Positions 1 to 10,126 of a stretch of DNA of 64,000 nucleotides are shown here, one piece after another. The translations under genes and the position numbers were made by a program. The notes under the pieces were generated by a model. It ran no database searches. It saw only the letters and a program-made list of their open reading frames with translations, and was not told the DNA's origin. Position 1 is the stretch's first letter, and the number at the start of each line of letters is the position of its first letter. The DNA lies in the IMG/VR virus record IMGVR_UViG_3300024520_000047, positions 181,875-245,874 of that record; one strand, written 5' to 3'.

Positions 1-1450
1 AGGGATTTTGTTCTAACAATATATCTGTAAAAGTTTTCTTTTCATAAAATAACACACATCCTGTGGTGGTCCCGCTAGGGATAACCACACGTCCACTATT
101 ATATCTAAATTGATTATCATTAACTATTTCAGTAATAACCGCAAAATCTTCTGGATATAAATCTGTATTAAAATCAGAATTTAAAGAATTAGTTACAGTT
201 ACAATATTACCCACTTCTTGACCGTGATTAGGATAATTAACTAACACAACACCTGATGGTGAAGCGATAGACATTGAGACACCACAAGTAATAAAATGAG
301 TATCACATGCGGTATCACCAGTTCGTATTTTTAATAATGTTTCTACAGTCCATCCACATTCTGGCCTATTGGGTAAAACTTTATAGGGGTAACCATCTAA
401 TTGGTAAAATCCTTGATAAAAACCACCATAAAGTTGTTGGTAATACCCTTCAGTTCCTCCAGTTACACTCACAATACTATAGTTGGTACGGTGTTGAGTA
501 TAACCAGTAATTTGTTTCATTTTAAATCTTCTATCATAATGGAGATGGTCATATTTATATTGGTCAGGCATCTCAACCCATAACTTTAAACTCTCTACTT
601 GACAAGGAACCTTCAAATACCCTACATTAGTTGTAGTATGTGCTGTAAAGATACCCAAATTAACACTACTTCCTGATTGAATTATTTTTGCTTTACTAAG
701 AGTTACTGTGTAAGCGCTACTACCTGTAAAAACACAACATCCAGAATATTGTAAATTATTCTTTATAATTTCAAAATTATTAGTAATTGAAGTCCCTGTT
801 GATGTTAATCCTGATACATTACATGGATATAAGAATTGAAAAGCTGTTTCGGTTGAGACCTCTGTTGGTGTTGTGGGGCTCCATGTAGCACCACTAAAAT
901 AACAAATTCCTGAGGTAGGTGTGGTAGTTCCTGTGACTGTTCCAGTAATGGCAGTTAAGGAAATGAATTCTCTCAGACACCAATCATACTCGGTGGTATT
1001 ACCACTCATATATTTAACAAGGGAGTTATCTATGCCTGTCAGTCCTACATCACAAATAGATTCTACAAAATTAGTATTTGCGGTGTAAACACTATTTTCA
1101 CATTTAGGGCATGAACATTTAGCGTTGCTAATTGTGGGTGTGTGGTTTTCCCAATATGATAAACTTAATAACGTATTATTATCATAATATTGATTACATG
1201 ATAGATTAGGTTGCCAAGTACTATTAGTATCATTTAAGTCAATCCAAAAACCTAAACAGTTAGACGAAAATGTTATTCCACTCAAATAATCATCTAAGTG
1301 GTCCCACACACATATAATGTATGGGGAATAAATTACTTCCTTATTATAGTCTTTTTCATCCGCCGCTAAAAAGAAATCGTAGTAGCTACTATAATCCAAT
1401 CTTGCGTCTAATTTATTGAAATAATAGTTATTTAAATTTTGTGGTCCCAT
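1..1450 (-). CDS. Virion structural protein, Cys/Thr/Gly-rich, truncated by window start (not in ORF track)
   Basis: Manual translation from ATG at 1450 (MGPQNLNNYYFNKLDARLDYSSYYDFFL...GGFYQGFYQLDGYPYKVLPNRPECGWTVE...) stays open to base 1; TATTTAT motif 5 nt upstream. Confidence 0.75.
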   Translation of the reverse strand, partial: MGPQNLNNYYFNKLDARLDYSSYYDFFLAADEKDYNKEVIYSPYIICVWDHLDDYLSGITFSSNCLGFWIDLNDTNSTWQPNLSCNQYYDNNTLLSLSYWENHTPTISNAKCSCPKCENSVYTANTNFVESICDVGLTGIDNSLVKYMSGNTTEYDWCLREFISLTAITGTVTGTTTPTSGICYFSGATWSPTTPTEVSTETAFQFLYPCNVSGLTSTGTSITNNFEIIKNNLQYSGCCVFTGSSAYTVTLSKAKIIQSGSSVNLGIFTAHTTTNVGYLKVPCQVESLKLWVEMPDQYKYDHLHYDRRFKMKQITGYTQHRTNYSIVSVTGGTEGYYQQLYGGFYQGFYQLDGYPYKVLPNRPECGWTVETLLKIRTGDTACDTHFITCGVSMSIASPSGVVLVNYPNHGQEVGNIVTVTNSLNSDFNTDLYPEDFAVITEIVNDNQFRYNSGRVVIPSGTTTGCVLFYEKKTFTDILLEQNP

Positions 1451-1455
1451 TTAAG

Positions 1456-1485
1456 ATAAATATTTACTATCTATTTAATATTTAT
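1456..1485. promoter_or_regulatory. Back-to-back putative late promoters (TATTTAT on each strand)
   Basis: ATAAATA at 1456-1462 serves the minus-strand gene; TATTTAT at 1479-1485 serves the plus-strand gene at 1501. Confidence 0.6.
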
Positions 1486-1500
1486 AGTAAAAACAAATAG

Positions 1501-2175
1501 ATGAAAGAATTAACACATGATGGTACTTGTAATAGGGTTCATCCCGATATTTCTCACGAAAAATGGGAAGAAAAAGAACAAAAAAAAGAAGAAACTAATG
1601 AAGAACAAGAATTAGATGAACTTGTTGATTATGATGGTTCACTATTAAGTTCTAAAATTCCTCTAGGGATTAATAAGACGAATAAAATAAGTAGAAGTAC
1701 TTCAGATGATGTTGTTAAAACCGCACACCAAAAAGGTAATGGTTTGGGGTATTACTATAAGCGTTACTGGGGGGAATCATATCTGGGTGGTGGATTAAGT
1801 GATGTTGAGGATATAGACACCATGTCAGCAGATGAAACAATTGACCATTTTGAAGATGAGTACGGATTAAGTCCATTAAGGGCACACGAAAAAGCGTCAG
1901 AATATGGTAAAATTGTAAATGGTAGTGAAGAAGATTTGCATGATGAGAAACAACGGATTGTAGAATTAGGTAATAATAAAATGAAAGATATGTTAGAAAT
2001 ATTATTAAGTAAGGACGCTAAAAATACAGAACGTGGGTTGGTAGACACGGATAAGCCTATAGAATTACACGATGAGAATAACGATAATCCCATACTAACT
2101 AAAATGGGTACTAAATTTAAACAAGCTTGTGATGCTCACGGAATTAATCCACAAGACATATTAAAAAATATATAA
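1501..2175 (+). CDS. Hypothetical acidic protein, probably late/virion-associated
   Basis: 224-aa ORF, first of a tightly packed plus-strand operon behind TATTTAT. Confidence 0.7.
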   Translation: MKELTHDGTCNRVHPDISHEKWEEKEQKKEETNEEQELDELVDYDGSLLSSKIPLGINKTNKISRSTSDDVVKTAHQKGNGLGYYYKRYWGESYLGGGLSDVEDIDTMSADETIDHFEDEYGLSPLRAHEKASEYGKIVNGSEEDLHDEKQRIVELGNNKMKDMLEILLSKDAKNTERGLVDTDKPIELHDENNDNPILTKMGTKFKQACDAHGINPQDILKNI

Positions 2176-2628
2176 ATGCCAGATAAAAATTTATATGATA
2201 GAACATTTGAGGTTCCTGATAAATGCATTGAACATATAAAAAATGCATTTACAAATTTTAATGGTCCAAAAACAACAGAAGGGTATGAACGTGCAAAAAA
2301 TATTTTAAAAAATCCAAATATTAGTTTACCCCTATTAAAAAAAATAAATAACTTTTTTAGAAATGAAGAAGAAGGGACTGCACCATATAATTTAACTGGT
2401 GGTGATTACGGTAAAAAAATATTTCAAAAAATGGAGGACCAAGTACGTAGAGGTGAGTCTTCTTCACGTAAAAATAAAATGAGAGGTGGTATGATGAATA
2501 CCCACTATAAAGAACATGAAAAGGACCAAAATGCTAACCCTACGGGTGTAAATGTCCCAAAAGTAGATAGCGTCCCCGCATTAATCGAACAAATAAAGAA
2601 AATTAAAAAACTTATAAACTATTTATAA
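2176..2628 (+). CDS. Hypothetical protein with C-terminal LIEQIKKIKKLINYL helix
   Basis: 150-aa ORF abutting upstream gene. Confidence 0.7.
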   Translation: MPDKNLYDRTFEVPDKCIEHIKNAFTNFNGPKTTEGYERAKNILKNPNISLPLLKKINNFFRNEEEGTAPYNLTGGDYGKKIFQKMEDQVRRGESSSRKNKMRGGMMNTHYKEHEKDQNANPTGVNVPKVDSVPALIEQIKKIKKLINYL

Positions 2629-2638
2629 AAAAAAAGTT

Positions 2639-2962
2639 ATGGCACAAGAACAACAAACAAATCCAGGTGAAAAAATGACAGAAGTTGCAAAAGCAGAAAG
2701 AGATAAGCTATTTCCAAAAAACGAGTATAGCCCAAAATCAGAATTTTATAGTCCCCAACACCCCAACGCTTTAGCGGATGGTGACGATAAAGGAAGAGGT
2801 ACTAGCGTATATTTAGGGGTACACGACACTAAAACCGGTACAAAACTAGATATTCTTACGAGAGATGATTTAGTAAAAACTAACGCTTACAACTCTAAAA
2901 ATAACTATTCTGTTCCTGACGATGAGGCTACAACAGGTACTGTTGGATTAACACCTTCTTAA
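2639..2962 (+). CDS. Hypothetical protein
   Basis: 107-aa ORF in operon, A-rich start context. Confidence 0.65.
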   Translation: MAQEQQTNPGEKMTEVAKAERDKLFPKNEYSPKSEFYSPQHPNALADGDDKGRGTSVYLGVHDTKTGTKLDILTRDDLVKTNAYNSKNNYSVPDDEATTGTVGLTPS

Positions 2963-2977
2963 TAAAGTTTTAAGAAA

Positions 2978-3340
2978 ATGAAACTTTACAACACCCTACA
3001 TTCACTTATATTAGAAGTAGCTTCTAGGGAAGACACCAAACAAGCTATTGAAAATAAATTAAGGACACTTATTTATTATGAAGGTGATACCGTTAATAAC
3101 CCAGGGTGGAGAACAATCGAACCAGTTTGTGCTGGGACAACAAAAAGAAATAATCCAGTTCTTAGAGCATGGCAAACAGAGGGGGCTACAGATACCGAAG
3201 TTCCTGGTTGGAAATTTTTTAGATTGGATAGGATTAGAAATTGGCAACCGACACTGGATGAGTTTACTGAAGCCCGTCCTGGTTACAACCCAAACGGCGA
3301 TAAAAGTATGAATCAAGTGTGGTTCAACGCAAAATTTTAA
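2978..3340 (+). CDS. Stand-alone WYL-domain-like protein
   Basis: RTIEP...LRAW...WKFFRLDRI matches the WYL signature (RxVxP...LxAx...RxFRxDRI); no HTH domain. Confidence 0.7.
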   Translation: MKLYNTLHSLILEVASREDTKQAIENKLRTLIYYEGDTVNNPGWRTIEPVCAGTTKRNNPVLRAWQTEGATDTEVPGWKFFRLDRIRNWQPTLDEFTEARPGYNPNGDKSMNQVWFNAKF

Positions 3341-3349
3341 TAAAAAGAA

Positions 3350-3970
3350 ATGGATAAACTACAACAATCTTTATTAAACGCTAAAAGATTTATGGAGCAC
3401 GATGCATTAAAAAGTGCCTCCCGAACAGCATCAACACCACGGACACAAGAACCTGAAATGGGTGAACCAATTATGGCTCACCAAGTACCAAATATGAATA
3501 TAAATGAAAGTAGTATTCCGTCAGCGGCACCAGAAATGACAATGGCACCGAAATCAAAAATGACTAAAGAATCTATTTTAAATTCCAAATTGCCCGACGC
3601 GATAAAACAAGCAATGTTAAGTAATCCAATACCTGACCCTATCCCAGATAACGCCTTATCACCCCAATTCATAAATGAAGTTAGTAAAAAAATGAATTCA
3701 CAAGACTACAGTATAAGTAATATGAGAGCAACGGCTAATTCAAACGTTAAAAAAGAAATCGTTGACCCCATACCGTCATTAATTCCAGACCCACCACCTA
3801 CCCCAGATTCAAGTTCTTTAAAAGAAACAATTAAAGAATGTTTAAAGGAAATTTTAGAAGAAGAAAATTTAATCGTTGAATCTAAAAATCTAAAAGAAAA
3901 TTTACAATTACGAGTAGGAAACAAAGTATTTACAGGAACTATTAAAAATGTAAAAACAATAAAAAAATAA
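3350..3970 (+). CDS. Hypothetical Pro/Met-rich protein
   Basis: 206-aa ORF, last gene before terminator; several LxE motifs near C-terminus. Confidence 0.7.
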   Translation: MDKLQQSLLNAKRFMEHDALKSASRTASTPRTQEPEMGEPIMAHQVPNMNINESSIPSAAPEMTMAPKSKMTKESILNSKLPDAIKQAMLSNPIPDPIPDNALSPQFINEVSKKMNSQDYSISNMRATANSNVKKEIVDPIPSLIPDPPPTPDSSSLKETIKECLKEILEEENLIVESKNLKENLQLRVGNKVFTGTIKNVKTIKK

Positions 3971-3994
3971 AATACGTTTAAATTTTGTGTTTTT

Positions 3995-4019
3995 ATGGGG
4001 ACTATTGGTCCCCATTTTT
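3995..4019 (+). terminator. Rho-independent terminator
   Basis: ATGGGGAC-TATTG-GTCCCCAT hairpin followed by T-run, after the 1501-3970 operon. Confidence 0.8.
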
Positions 4020-4020
4020 G

Positions 4021-4052
4021 TTTGACAATTTCTTTAATTATGGTTATGTTTC
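4021..4052 (+). promoter_or_regulatory. Host-sigma promoter for glycosylation operon
   Basis: TTTG-N20-TATGTTTC (near Bacteroidota TTTG/TAnnTTTG); also reads as TTGACA-N17-TATGTT. Confidence 0.6.
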
Positions 4053-4077
4053 AATGTAACAAAATTAATTTAATAGA

Positions 4078-5301
4078 ATGTCAAAATACAAAATTTTAGT
4101 TCTTCCCAGTGACAGAACAGGTGTATCCAAATTTAGGTCTGTAGACCCACACGTATGTTTACAAAAATTATATCCAGACGAATTTTGGGTCGATATAGAT
4201 TATGAACCTAAACTTAATGACGAAAATTATTTAAAAAAATATGATTTAATACATTACCATAGGTCATTACACGCCGATTATAAATTATCACAAAAAACTA
4301 TACCACTATTAAATAAATTAGGGATACCACATATTATGGATGTGGATGATTACTGGTTACCCAATATTGAACATCCCGCGTATATGTTAGTAAAAGGTAA
4401 TGGTATGGACCAACTTATAATGGATAACCTCAAATTAGCACAATATGTTACTACTACAACCCCTCTTTTTGCTAAGGAAATAAAAAGATTATGCTCTAAT
4501 GTACATGTATTGCCCAACGCTATTGACCCAAAAGAAAAACAATTTACAGCTAACCCTACAAAAAGTGACCGAATTAGGATTGGGTGGTTGGGGGGTTCTT
4601 CACATTTAGCAGACCTTCGTATATTAGAAGGTGTCGTAGATAAATTACTTCATTTTAAAGATAAAATACAGTTTGTTTTATGTGGTTTTGACACTAGGGG
4701 GACTATTACCGAATTTAACCAACAAACCAAACAACAAAAACAAAGACCCATTAAACCCAAAGAGTCGGTATGGTTTGAATATGAAAAAATATTTACAGGA
4801 AATTATAAATTGGTTGGTGATGAACAGAAAAAACAATTAATGCAATTTAAATTTGGTGAAGAGTATAAAAATTCTGACACACCTTACCGTAGAGTGTGGA
4901 CTAAACCCATCACCACATATGCCGAAAACTATAATAAATTTGATATAAGTTTAGCACCATTAAAACACCATAAATTTAATGAGGTCAAATCTCAATTAAA
5001 GGTCATTGAATCTGGATTCCATAAAAAAGCACTTATCGCACAGAATTTTGGCCCATATCAAATAGACTGTATAAACGCTTATGAACGAGGAGGCACATTT
5101 AATAAATCAGGGAACGCTATACTAATTGATGAAACTAAAAATCATAAACATTGGTTCCAACAACTTAAAAGACTTATTGAAAATCCAACATTAATTAAGG
5201 ATTTAGGCGAAAATTTATATGAGACAGTCCAAAAATATCATATAGAAAATGTAACTAAAGAAAGAGCTCAAATTTATAGAGACATAATAAATAAACACTA
5301 A
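4078..5301 (+). CDS. Glycosyltransferase, GT-B (GT4-like)
   Basis: DVDDYW, IGWLGGSSH, DISLAPL...FNEVKSQLKVIESG motifs typical of GT4-like enzymes. Confidence 0.75.
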   Translation: MSKYKILVLPSDRTGVSKFRSVDPHVCLQKLYPDEFWVDIDYEPKLNDENYLKKYDLIHYHRSLHADYKLSQKTIPLLNKLGIPHIMDVDDYWLPNIEHPAYMLVKGNGMDQLIMDNLKLAQYVTTTTPLFAKEIKRLCSNVHVLPNAIDPKEKQFTANPTKSDRIRIGWLGGSSHLADLRILEGVVDKLLHFKDKIQFVLCGFDTRGTITEFNQQTKQQKQRPIKPKESVWFEYEKIFTGNYKLVGDEQKKQLMQFKFGEEYKNSDTPYRRVWTKPITTYAENYNKFDISLAPLKHHKFNEVKSQLKVIESGFHKKALIAQNFGPYQIDCINAYERGGTFNKSGNAILIDETKNHKHWFQQLKRLIENPTLIKDLGENLYETVQKYHIENVTKERAQIYRDIINKH

Positions 5302-5315
5302 AACTAAAATAAAAG

Positions 5316-5552
5316 ATGTATTACATAGCAATTGTCGCATTTGAAACTGGGGTAATAGATAATCAAGGAAACCCAAAAATTAAAAAATTTAAATATATTG
5401 TAGAATCAGAATCAGTATATGAAGCTACTGAAAGATTAAGTCACTACTTAAGTGAAGATACTAGAGATTCCGAAATTGTTTCTTTAGTTAAAGCTCCCTA
5501 TGAAGATATTTTACACCCAACTTTAACACCAAAATATTATAGTAATGTTTAA
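5316..5552 (+). CDS. Small protein resembling Bacteroidota DUF4494
   Basis: KYIVESESVYEATERL...EIVSLVKAPYEDIL pattern recalls DUF4494 (YLVDAxSFTEAEAR...IKxAxYSEL). Confidence 0.45.
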   Translation: MYYIAIVAFETGVIDNQGNPKIKKFKYIVESESVYEATERLSHYLSEDTRDSEIVSLVKAPYEDILHPTLTPKYYSNV

Positions 5553-6231
5553 AAACATCAATAAACTACTTTTTTTAAATATGGAAACTGTTCCATTATC
5601 TAAATGTTATGAAGACTTTAGGGATGATTACCCTCACCATTATAAATTATGGGTAGAAAGTATTGGAAAAATGTCACACACTAAGGACCAATCGAATCAA
5701 AAAAATTTTGACGAGGATACTTCGTGGATACCCGAGTTTAGTAAAATAATCAGTATTAGTATCGGATTCGTAACTCCAGATGGTGAAAGACATATAAAAT
5801 CATTTATTTATCACGACGAAAAAAAATTATTATTAGAATTAAAAGAAACTTTAGAAAAAGTAGAAAAATTAGGTTTTGACATTTGTGGTCATAATATAAA
5901 AAAATTCCATTTACCTTTTATTAATAAACGAATGATTATTAATGGTATAACACCCCCTAAAATATTGCCTAAATATGACGATAAACCTTGGGAAACAAGA
6001 GTAATAGACCTTAAAGAAATGTGGAATGTTGGGTACTATAAATCTTATACAACTTTAGATTTGATAATGTTTTCATTAGATTTAGAGCCTAAAAACATAG
6101 TAAAAGCTAAAGAGACTATCTTTTCCTTATATTGGGAAGAAAAAAATACGAATAAAATAAAAGAGATTAGTGAAGATTATATATCGGCATTAATGGATAT
6201 ATCAGTAAAAATTAATACATTAAATGATTAA
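5545..6231 (+). CDS. DEDD 3'-5' exonuclease-fold protein with degenerate active site
   Basis: LFLNMETVP / GHNIKKFHLPFI / IDLKEMW correspond to LFLDIETVP / GHNxKxFDxPFI of PolB-like exonucleases. Confidence 0.65.
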   Translation: MFKNINKLLFLNMETVPLSKCYEDFRDDYPHHYKLWVESIGKMSHTKDQSNQKNFDEDTSWIPEFSKIISISIGFVTPDGERHIKSFIYHDEKKLLLELKETLEKVEKLGFDICGHNIKKFHLPFINKRMIINGITPPKILPKYDDKPWETRVIDLKEMWNVGYYKSYTTLDLIMFSLDLEPKNIVKAKETIFSLYWEEKNTNKIKEISEDYISALMDISVKINTLND

Positions 6232-6853
6232 AGAATTTAAAGAAATTAAAAACGTTGTTAAAAATCTTAATAAACTTAAAGAGTTAACGACAGATTTAGA
6301 TATTGAAAAAGGTAAATCGCTAGAAGAAGTTTTGGGCTTAGATTTACAGGATATTGAAAATATAACGACACCTTCAGAAAAACCTAAAATAGATATTAAA
6401 TTTATAAATAAAAGTGATAACGATGACCCATCCTATTTTCATGAGGGTGATAGTGGATTCGATTTTCGGGCCCACATTCCTAATTACGACCCACTCGAAA
6501 CCCCCAATATCGTGGTAGAAGTGGGAAAAGTATCTATAATACCTACGGGCCTTTACTTTGGGATTCCTAAGGGTTATGAATTACAAGTAAGGCCACGTAG
6601 TGGATTAGCAGCAAAATTTAATATTACTGTCTTAAATACACCCGGAACAGTAGACAGTAATTATCGAGGAGAAGTTAAAATAATATTAATTAATCTAGGT
6701 GAGACAGATTTTCAAATCGAAAATGGTGATAGGGTAGCTCAAGGGGTGATAACGCCTGTACTCACACCAGAGTGGTCTCAAATGGTAAAAGTAAATAAAC
6801 TAAGTTCAACGGACAGAGGAGAAGGGGGATTTGGAAGCACGGGGAAAATTTAA
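6224..6853 (+). CDS. dut: Trimeric dUTPase with ~55-aa N-terminal extension
   Basis: All five motifs: GDSGFD, RPRSGLA, GTVDSNYRGE, GDRVAQ, RGEGGFGSTG. Confidence 0.95.
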   Translation: MIKEFKEIKNVVKNLNKLKELTTDLDIEKGKSLEEVLGLDLQDIENITTPSEKPKIDIKFINKSDNDDPSYFHEGDSGFDFRAHIPNYDPLETPNIVVEVGKVSIIPTGLYFGIPKGYELQVRPRSGLAAKFNITVLNTPGTVDSNYRGEVKIILINLGETDFQIENGDRVAQGVITPVLTPEWSQMVKVNKLSSTDRGEGGFGSTGKI

Positions 6854-6858
6854 ATTAA

Positions 6859-7824
6859 ATGCAAAAAAGAATAATATTAATTACTGGTGGAGCCGGATTT
6901 ATTGGTTCTCATCTGGTTAAATATATGGTAGATAAGTATCCATCATATGAAATTCATGTGGTGGATAATCTCACATATGCTGGAAATAAAAAAAATTTAG
7001 ATGGTTATTTAGATAAAATAACTTTCCATGAAATAGATATTTCAGATAATCGTTTTATAAATGCTATTTTTAATATAAATAAATTTGACGGGGTTATTAA
7101 TTGTGCTGCTGAAACTCACGTAGATAACTCTATAGAATCACCACAGATATTTTTTACCAGTAATGTTGCTGGAACATTAAATTTAATAGAATCATCAGTT
7201 AAACATTCTGCACGTTTTTTACAAGTATCCACCGATGAAGTATACGGTGGTTTAGAATACAATGATGGTAGGACATTTTATGAATTCACACCATTTGCTC
7301 CATGTTCCCCATATGCCGCATCTAAAGCTGCTGCTGATTTAATGGTTCTTTCATTTGTGAATACCTACGACCTAAATGCTGTAATTACCCATAGTTCCAA
7401 TAATTTTGGGCCTGTACAACATTTGGAGAAATTAATACCAAAAACAATTAATTGTTTGAAGAACGATGAACAAATTCCAATATATGGAGATGGAAAAAAT
7501 ATTAGAAATTGGATTCATGTTAATGACCATGTGACCGCAATAGATAAGGTTTTTCATCTAGGTAAAAAAGGAGAACGGTATAATGTTGGTTCACCAATGG
7601 AATTAACTAATGTAGATTTAGTAAAAAAGATTTGTAATATTTACGACGCATTAAAGGGATTTAAAGCGGGGACATCTCATAGATTAATAACTTTTGTAGA
7701 AGACCGATTAGGTCATGATTTAAGATATTCCATAAATTACGATAAAATTTCCACTAAACTTAGGTGGAAACCAGAGTCTAATTTTATTTTAGCTTTAAAT
7801 GAAACTATAAAATCTTACATATAA
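6859..7824 (+). CDS. rmlB: dTDP-glucose 4,6-dehydratase
   Basis: TGGAGFIG, AAETHVDNSI, STDEVYG, SPYAASKA, DRLGHDLRY. Confidence 0.92.
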   Translation: MQKRIILITGGAGFIGSHLVKYMVDKYPSYEIHVVDNLTYAGNKKNLDGYLDKITFHEIDISDNRFINAIFNINKFDGVINCAAETHVDNSIESPQIFFTSNVAGTLNLIESSVKHSARFLQVSTDEVYGGLEYNDGRTFYEFTPFAPCSPYAASKAAADLMVLSFVNTYDLNAVITHSSNNFGPVQHLEKLIPKTINCLKNDEQIPIYGDGKNIRNWIHVNDHVTAIDKVFHLGKKGERYNVGSPMELTNVDLVKKICNIYDALKGFKAGTSHRLITFVEDRLGHDLRYSINYDKISTKLRWKPESNFILALNETIKSYI

Positions 7825-9353
7825 TGAGTATTAGTATTATATATAGCACTCGTAAAATTGACCCACACTTTAAAGTTCATGCAGAAAAAAGTTGTGGTAT
7901 CCCTAAGGTAGAAATTATTCCCATAGAAAACCCTAATGGAATTTCATTAGCTAAAACATATAATGACGCATTAAAAAAAGCTTCCTACGATATTGTGGTC
8001 TTTACTCATGATGACATAATTTTTGAAACTCGTAATTGGGGACCCAAATTATTAAAGTTATTTAAAAAAAATCCAGAGTTCGGAGTTATCGGAATAGCGG
8101 GTACTACAGACTTAATCGATGGTAGGTGGTGGACTATCAAGGAATCTATGAATGGTATAGTTAGTCACCAGCATGAAGGAAAAAAATGGACAAACACATA
8201 TTCACCCCATCAGGGAAATAAAATAACTGAAATGGTCGTATTAGATGGGTTATTTTTTGCTATAGATAAAACTAAAATTAAACATGTATTTGACGAATCT
8301 TTCGAAGGATTTCATTTTTATGAAATACCATTTTTCTTTAAAAATTATTTAGACGGCGTTAAATTAGGATTAACCACATATTTTAAAATTACACACCTAT
8401 CTATAGGAAGAACCAATGAAGAATGGGAACAAAATAAAATTAAATTTGAAGAAAAATTTAAAGACTCATTACCTGTAAGGTTAACCAATAATAAAACTTT
8501 TGACGAAAAATTAAATTTCGATAGAGATAGTATTGGTTTCGGGATGGTAACCTACAAAGCAGAGCATAGAATAAAACAAAGTGCTTTTACCGTACCTAAA
8601 TGGGTAAAAAATTTTGTTATTGTAAATGACGGAACACCGTATGACAAAGATTCCTATCCCTCTCATGCTCACATAATTCAACATGAAACCAATAAATCTG
8701 TTGGTGCTGCGAAAACAACCGCTATTAATCATCTTTTAAAAACTGACTGTGAACATATTTTCATAATGGAAGACGATATCTTAATAAAAGATGAGGGGGT
8801 GTTTGAAGAATACATAAAGCATTCTTTAATTTCGGGAATAAAGCATTTAAATTTTGCACTGCACGGTCCAGCTAATAAAAAAGGTAGTAAGGGATTTAGT
8901 ACATTAGACGATAGACAAGATGTGGATGGTGAACCAAACCCACGAATGATTATACCCTACCCAGAAAAAGATGTAAAAATAGCCTTATACCCAAACTGTG
9001 TAGGTGCATTTTCATACTATTCCAGACCGGTATTAGAAGACCTAGGTGGGTTTGACCCAGTTTTTAAAAATGCTTGGGAACATGTGGAACACACATATCA
9101 AGCCATTAAAAAAATGTATCACCCAGCATTTTGGTATTTCGCGGATATTGATGGGAGCTGGGAGTATTTAACCGACATACCAAATTCAATAGAAGAAAGT
9201 ACTATTGCTCACACACCAACATGGAATGAAAATTTTAGAAAGGGAACATTGTGGTATAAAAAGAAACACGGAGTATCCCCAACAGAAACCCCTGTTGCAA
9301 CACCAGAAATGGTTAAACAACAATTACAAGTAATATTTCAAAATAGAGGATAA
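7824..9353 (+). CDS. Two-domain GT-A (GT2-like) glycosyltransferase
   Basis: N-domain FTHDDI...LDGLFFA; C-domain VNDG...FIMEDDI; two DxD-type motifs. Confidence 0.8.
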   Translation: MSISIIYSTRKIDPHFKVHAEKSCGIPKVEIIPIENPNGISLAKTYNDALKKASYDIVVFTHDDIIFETRNWGPKLLKLFKKNPEFGVIGIAGTTDLIDGRWWTIKESMNGIVSHQHEGKKWTNTYSPHQGNKITEMVVLDGLFFAIDKTKIKHVFDESFEGFHFYEIPFFFKNYLDGVKLGLTTYFKITHLSIGRTNEEWEQNKIKFEEKFKDSLPVRLTNNKTFDEKLNFDRDSIGFGMVTYKAEHRIKQSAFTVPKWVKNFVIVNDGTPYDKDSYPSHAHIIQHETNKSVGAAKTTAINHLLKTDCEHIFIMEDDILIKDEGVFEEYIKHSLISGIKHLNFALHGPANKKGSKGFSTLDDRQDVDGEPNPRMIIPYPEKDVKIALYPNCVGAFSYYSRPVLEDLGGFDPVFKNAWEHVEHTYQAIKKMYHPAFWYFADIDGSWEYLTDIPNSIEESTIAHTPTWNENFRKGTLWYKKKHGVSPTETPVATPEMVKQQLQVIFQNRG

Positions 9354-10117
9354 TGATTAATTTTAAAGACGTTACATTTATAGTACCCGTAAGATTTGAT
9401 TCAGAAGATAGAAGAAATAATTTCCAAATATCAATGAATTATCTATTAAGGAACTTTGACACAAATATAATTGTATTAGATAGTGATAAAAAATCTAACA
9501 AAGATTTTGTTAAATCTGTTTCAGAAAAGATTAAATACGTTTTTGAAGAAAATAACGAAAAACTATTTCATAGGACAAGATTATTAAATGATATGACTAA
9601 AATGGCAGAAACAGAAATAATTGTTAATTATGATGTTGATGTTATCTTCCCAGTAGAACAATACCTAGATGCTAAGAAAAAAATAGAATCAGGATGTACA
9701 ATGTGTTTTCCGTATGCTGGAAAATTTTACGACATACCTAAAAAATTGTTTAAAAATATTAATGACGATTCATTAGATACAATACCACTAAATAATTGTA
9801 CTCTATTTAATCCAAATTCCGTTGGTGGTGCTATCTTTTTTGATAAAAAAAAATATGGGGACATTGGTTGGGAAAATGAAAATTTTGTATCGTGGGGGCA
9901 TGAAGACTGGGAAAGAATAGTTAGAGCCCAAAAAATGGGACATCAAGTATGTCGAACTAATGGGATTTTATATCATTTAACTCATTATAGAAATTTTAAT
10001 AGTTCTGACCAAAATCCATATTATAACTTTAATGGCCAAGAAATGCAAAAAATTAAAACGATGTCAAAAGAACAATTAAGTGAGCACATTAAAAAATGGA
10101 AATGGATAAAAAAATAA
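9353..10117 (+). CDS. GT-A glycosyltransferase (GT2/GT7-like)
   Basis: NYDVDV; GGAIFF...ENENFVSWGHEDWE matches the GT7-type WGxED motif. Confidence 0.8.
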   Translation: MINFKDVTFIVPVRFDSEDRRNNFQISMNYLLRNFDTNIIVLDSDKKSNKDFVKSVSEKIKYVFEENNEKLFHRTRLLNDMTKMAETEIIVNYDVDVIFPVEQYLDAKKKIESGCTMCFPYAGKFYDIPKKLFKNINDDSLDTIPLNNCTLFNPNSVGGAIFFDKKKYGDIGWENENFVSWGHEDWERIVRAQKMGHQVCRTNGILYHLTHYRNFNSSDQNPYYNFNGQEMQKIKTMSKEQLSEHIKKWKWIKK

Positions 10118-10126
10118 ATAAATAAA

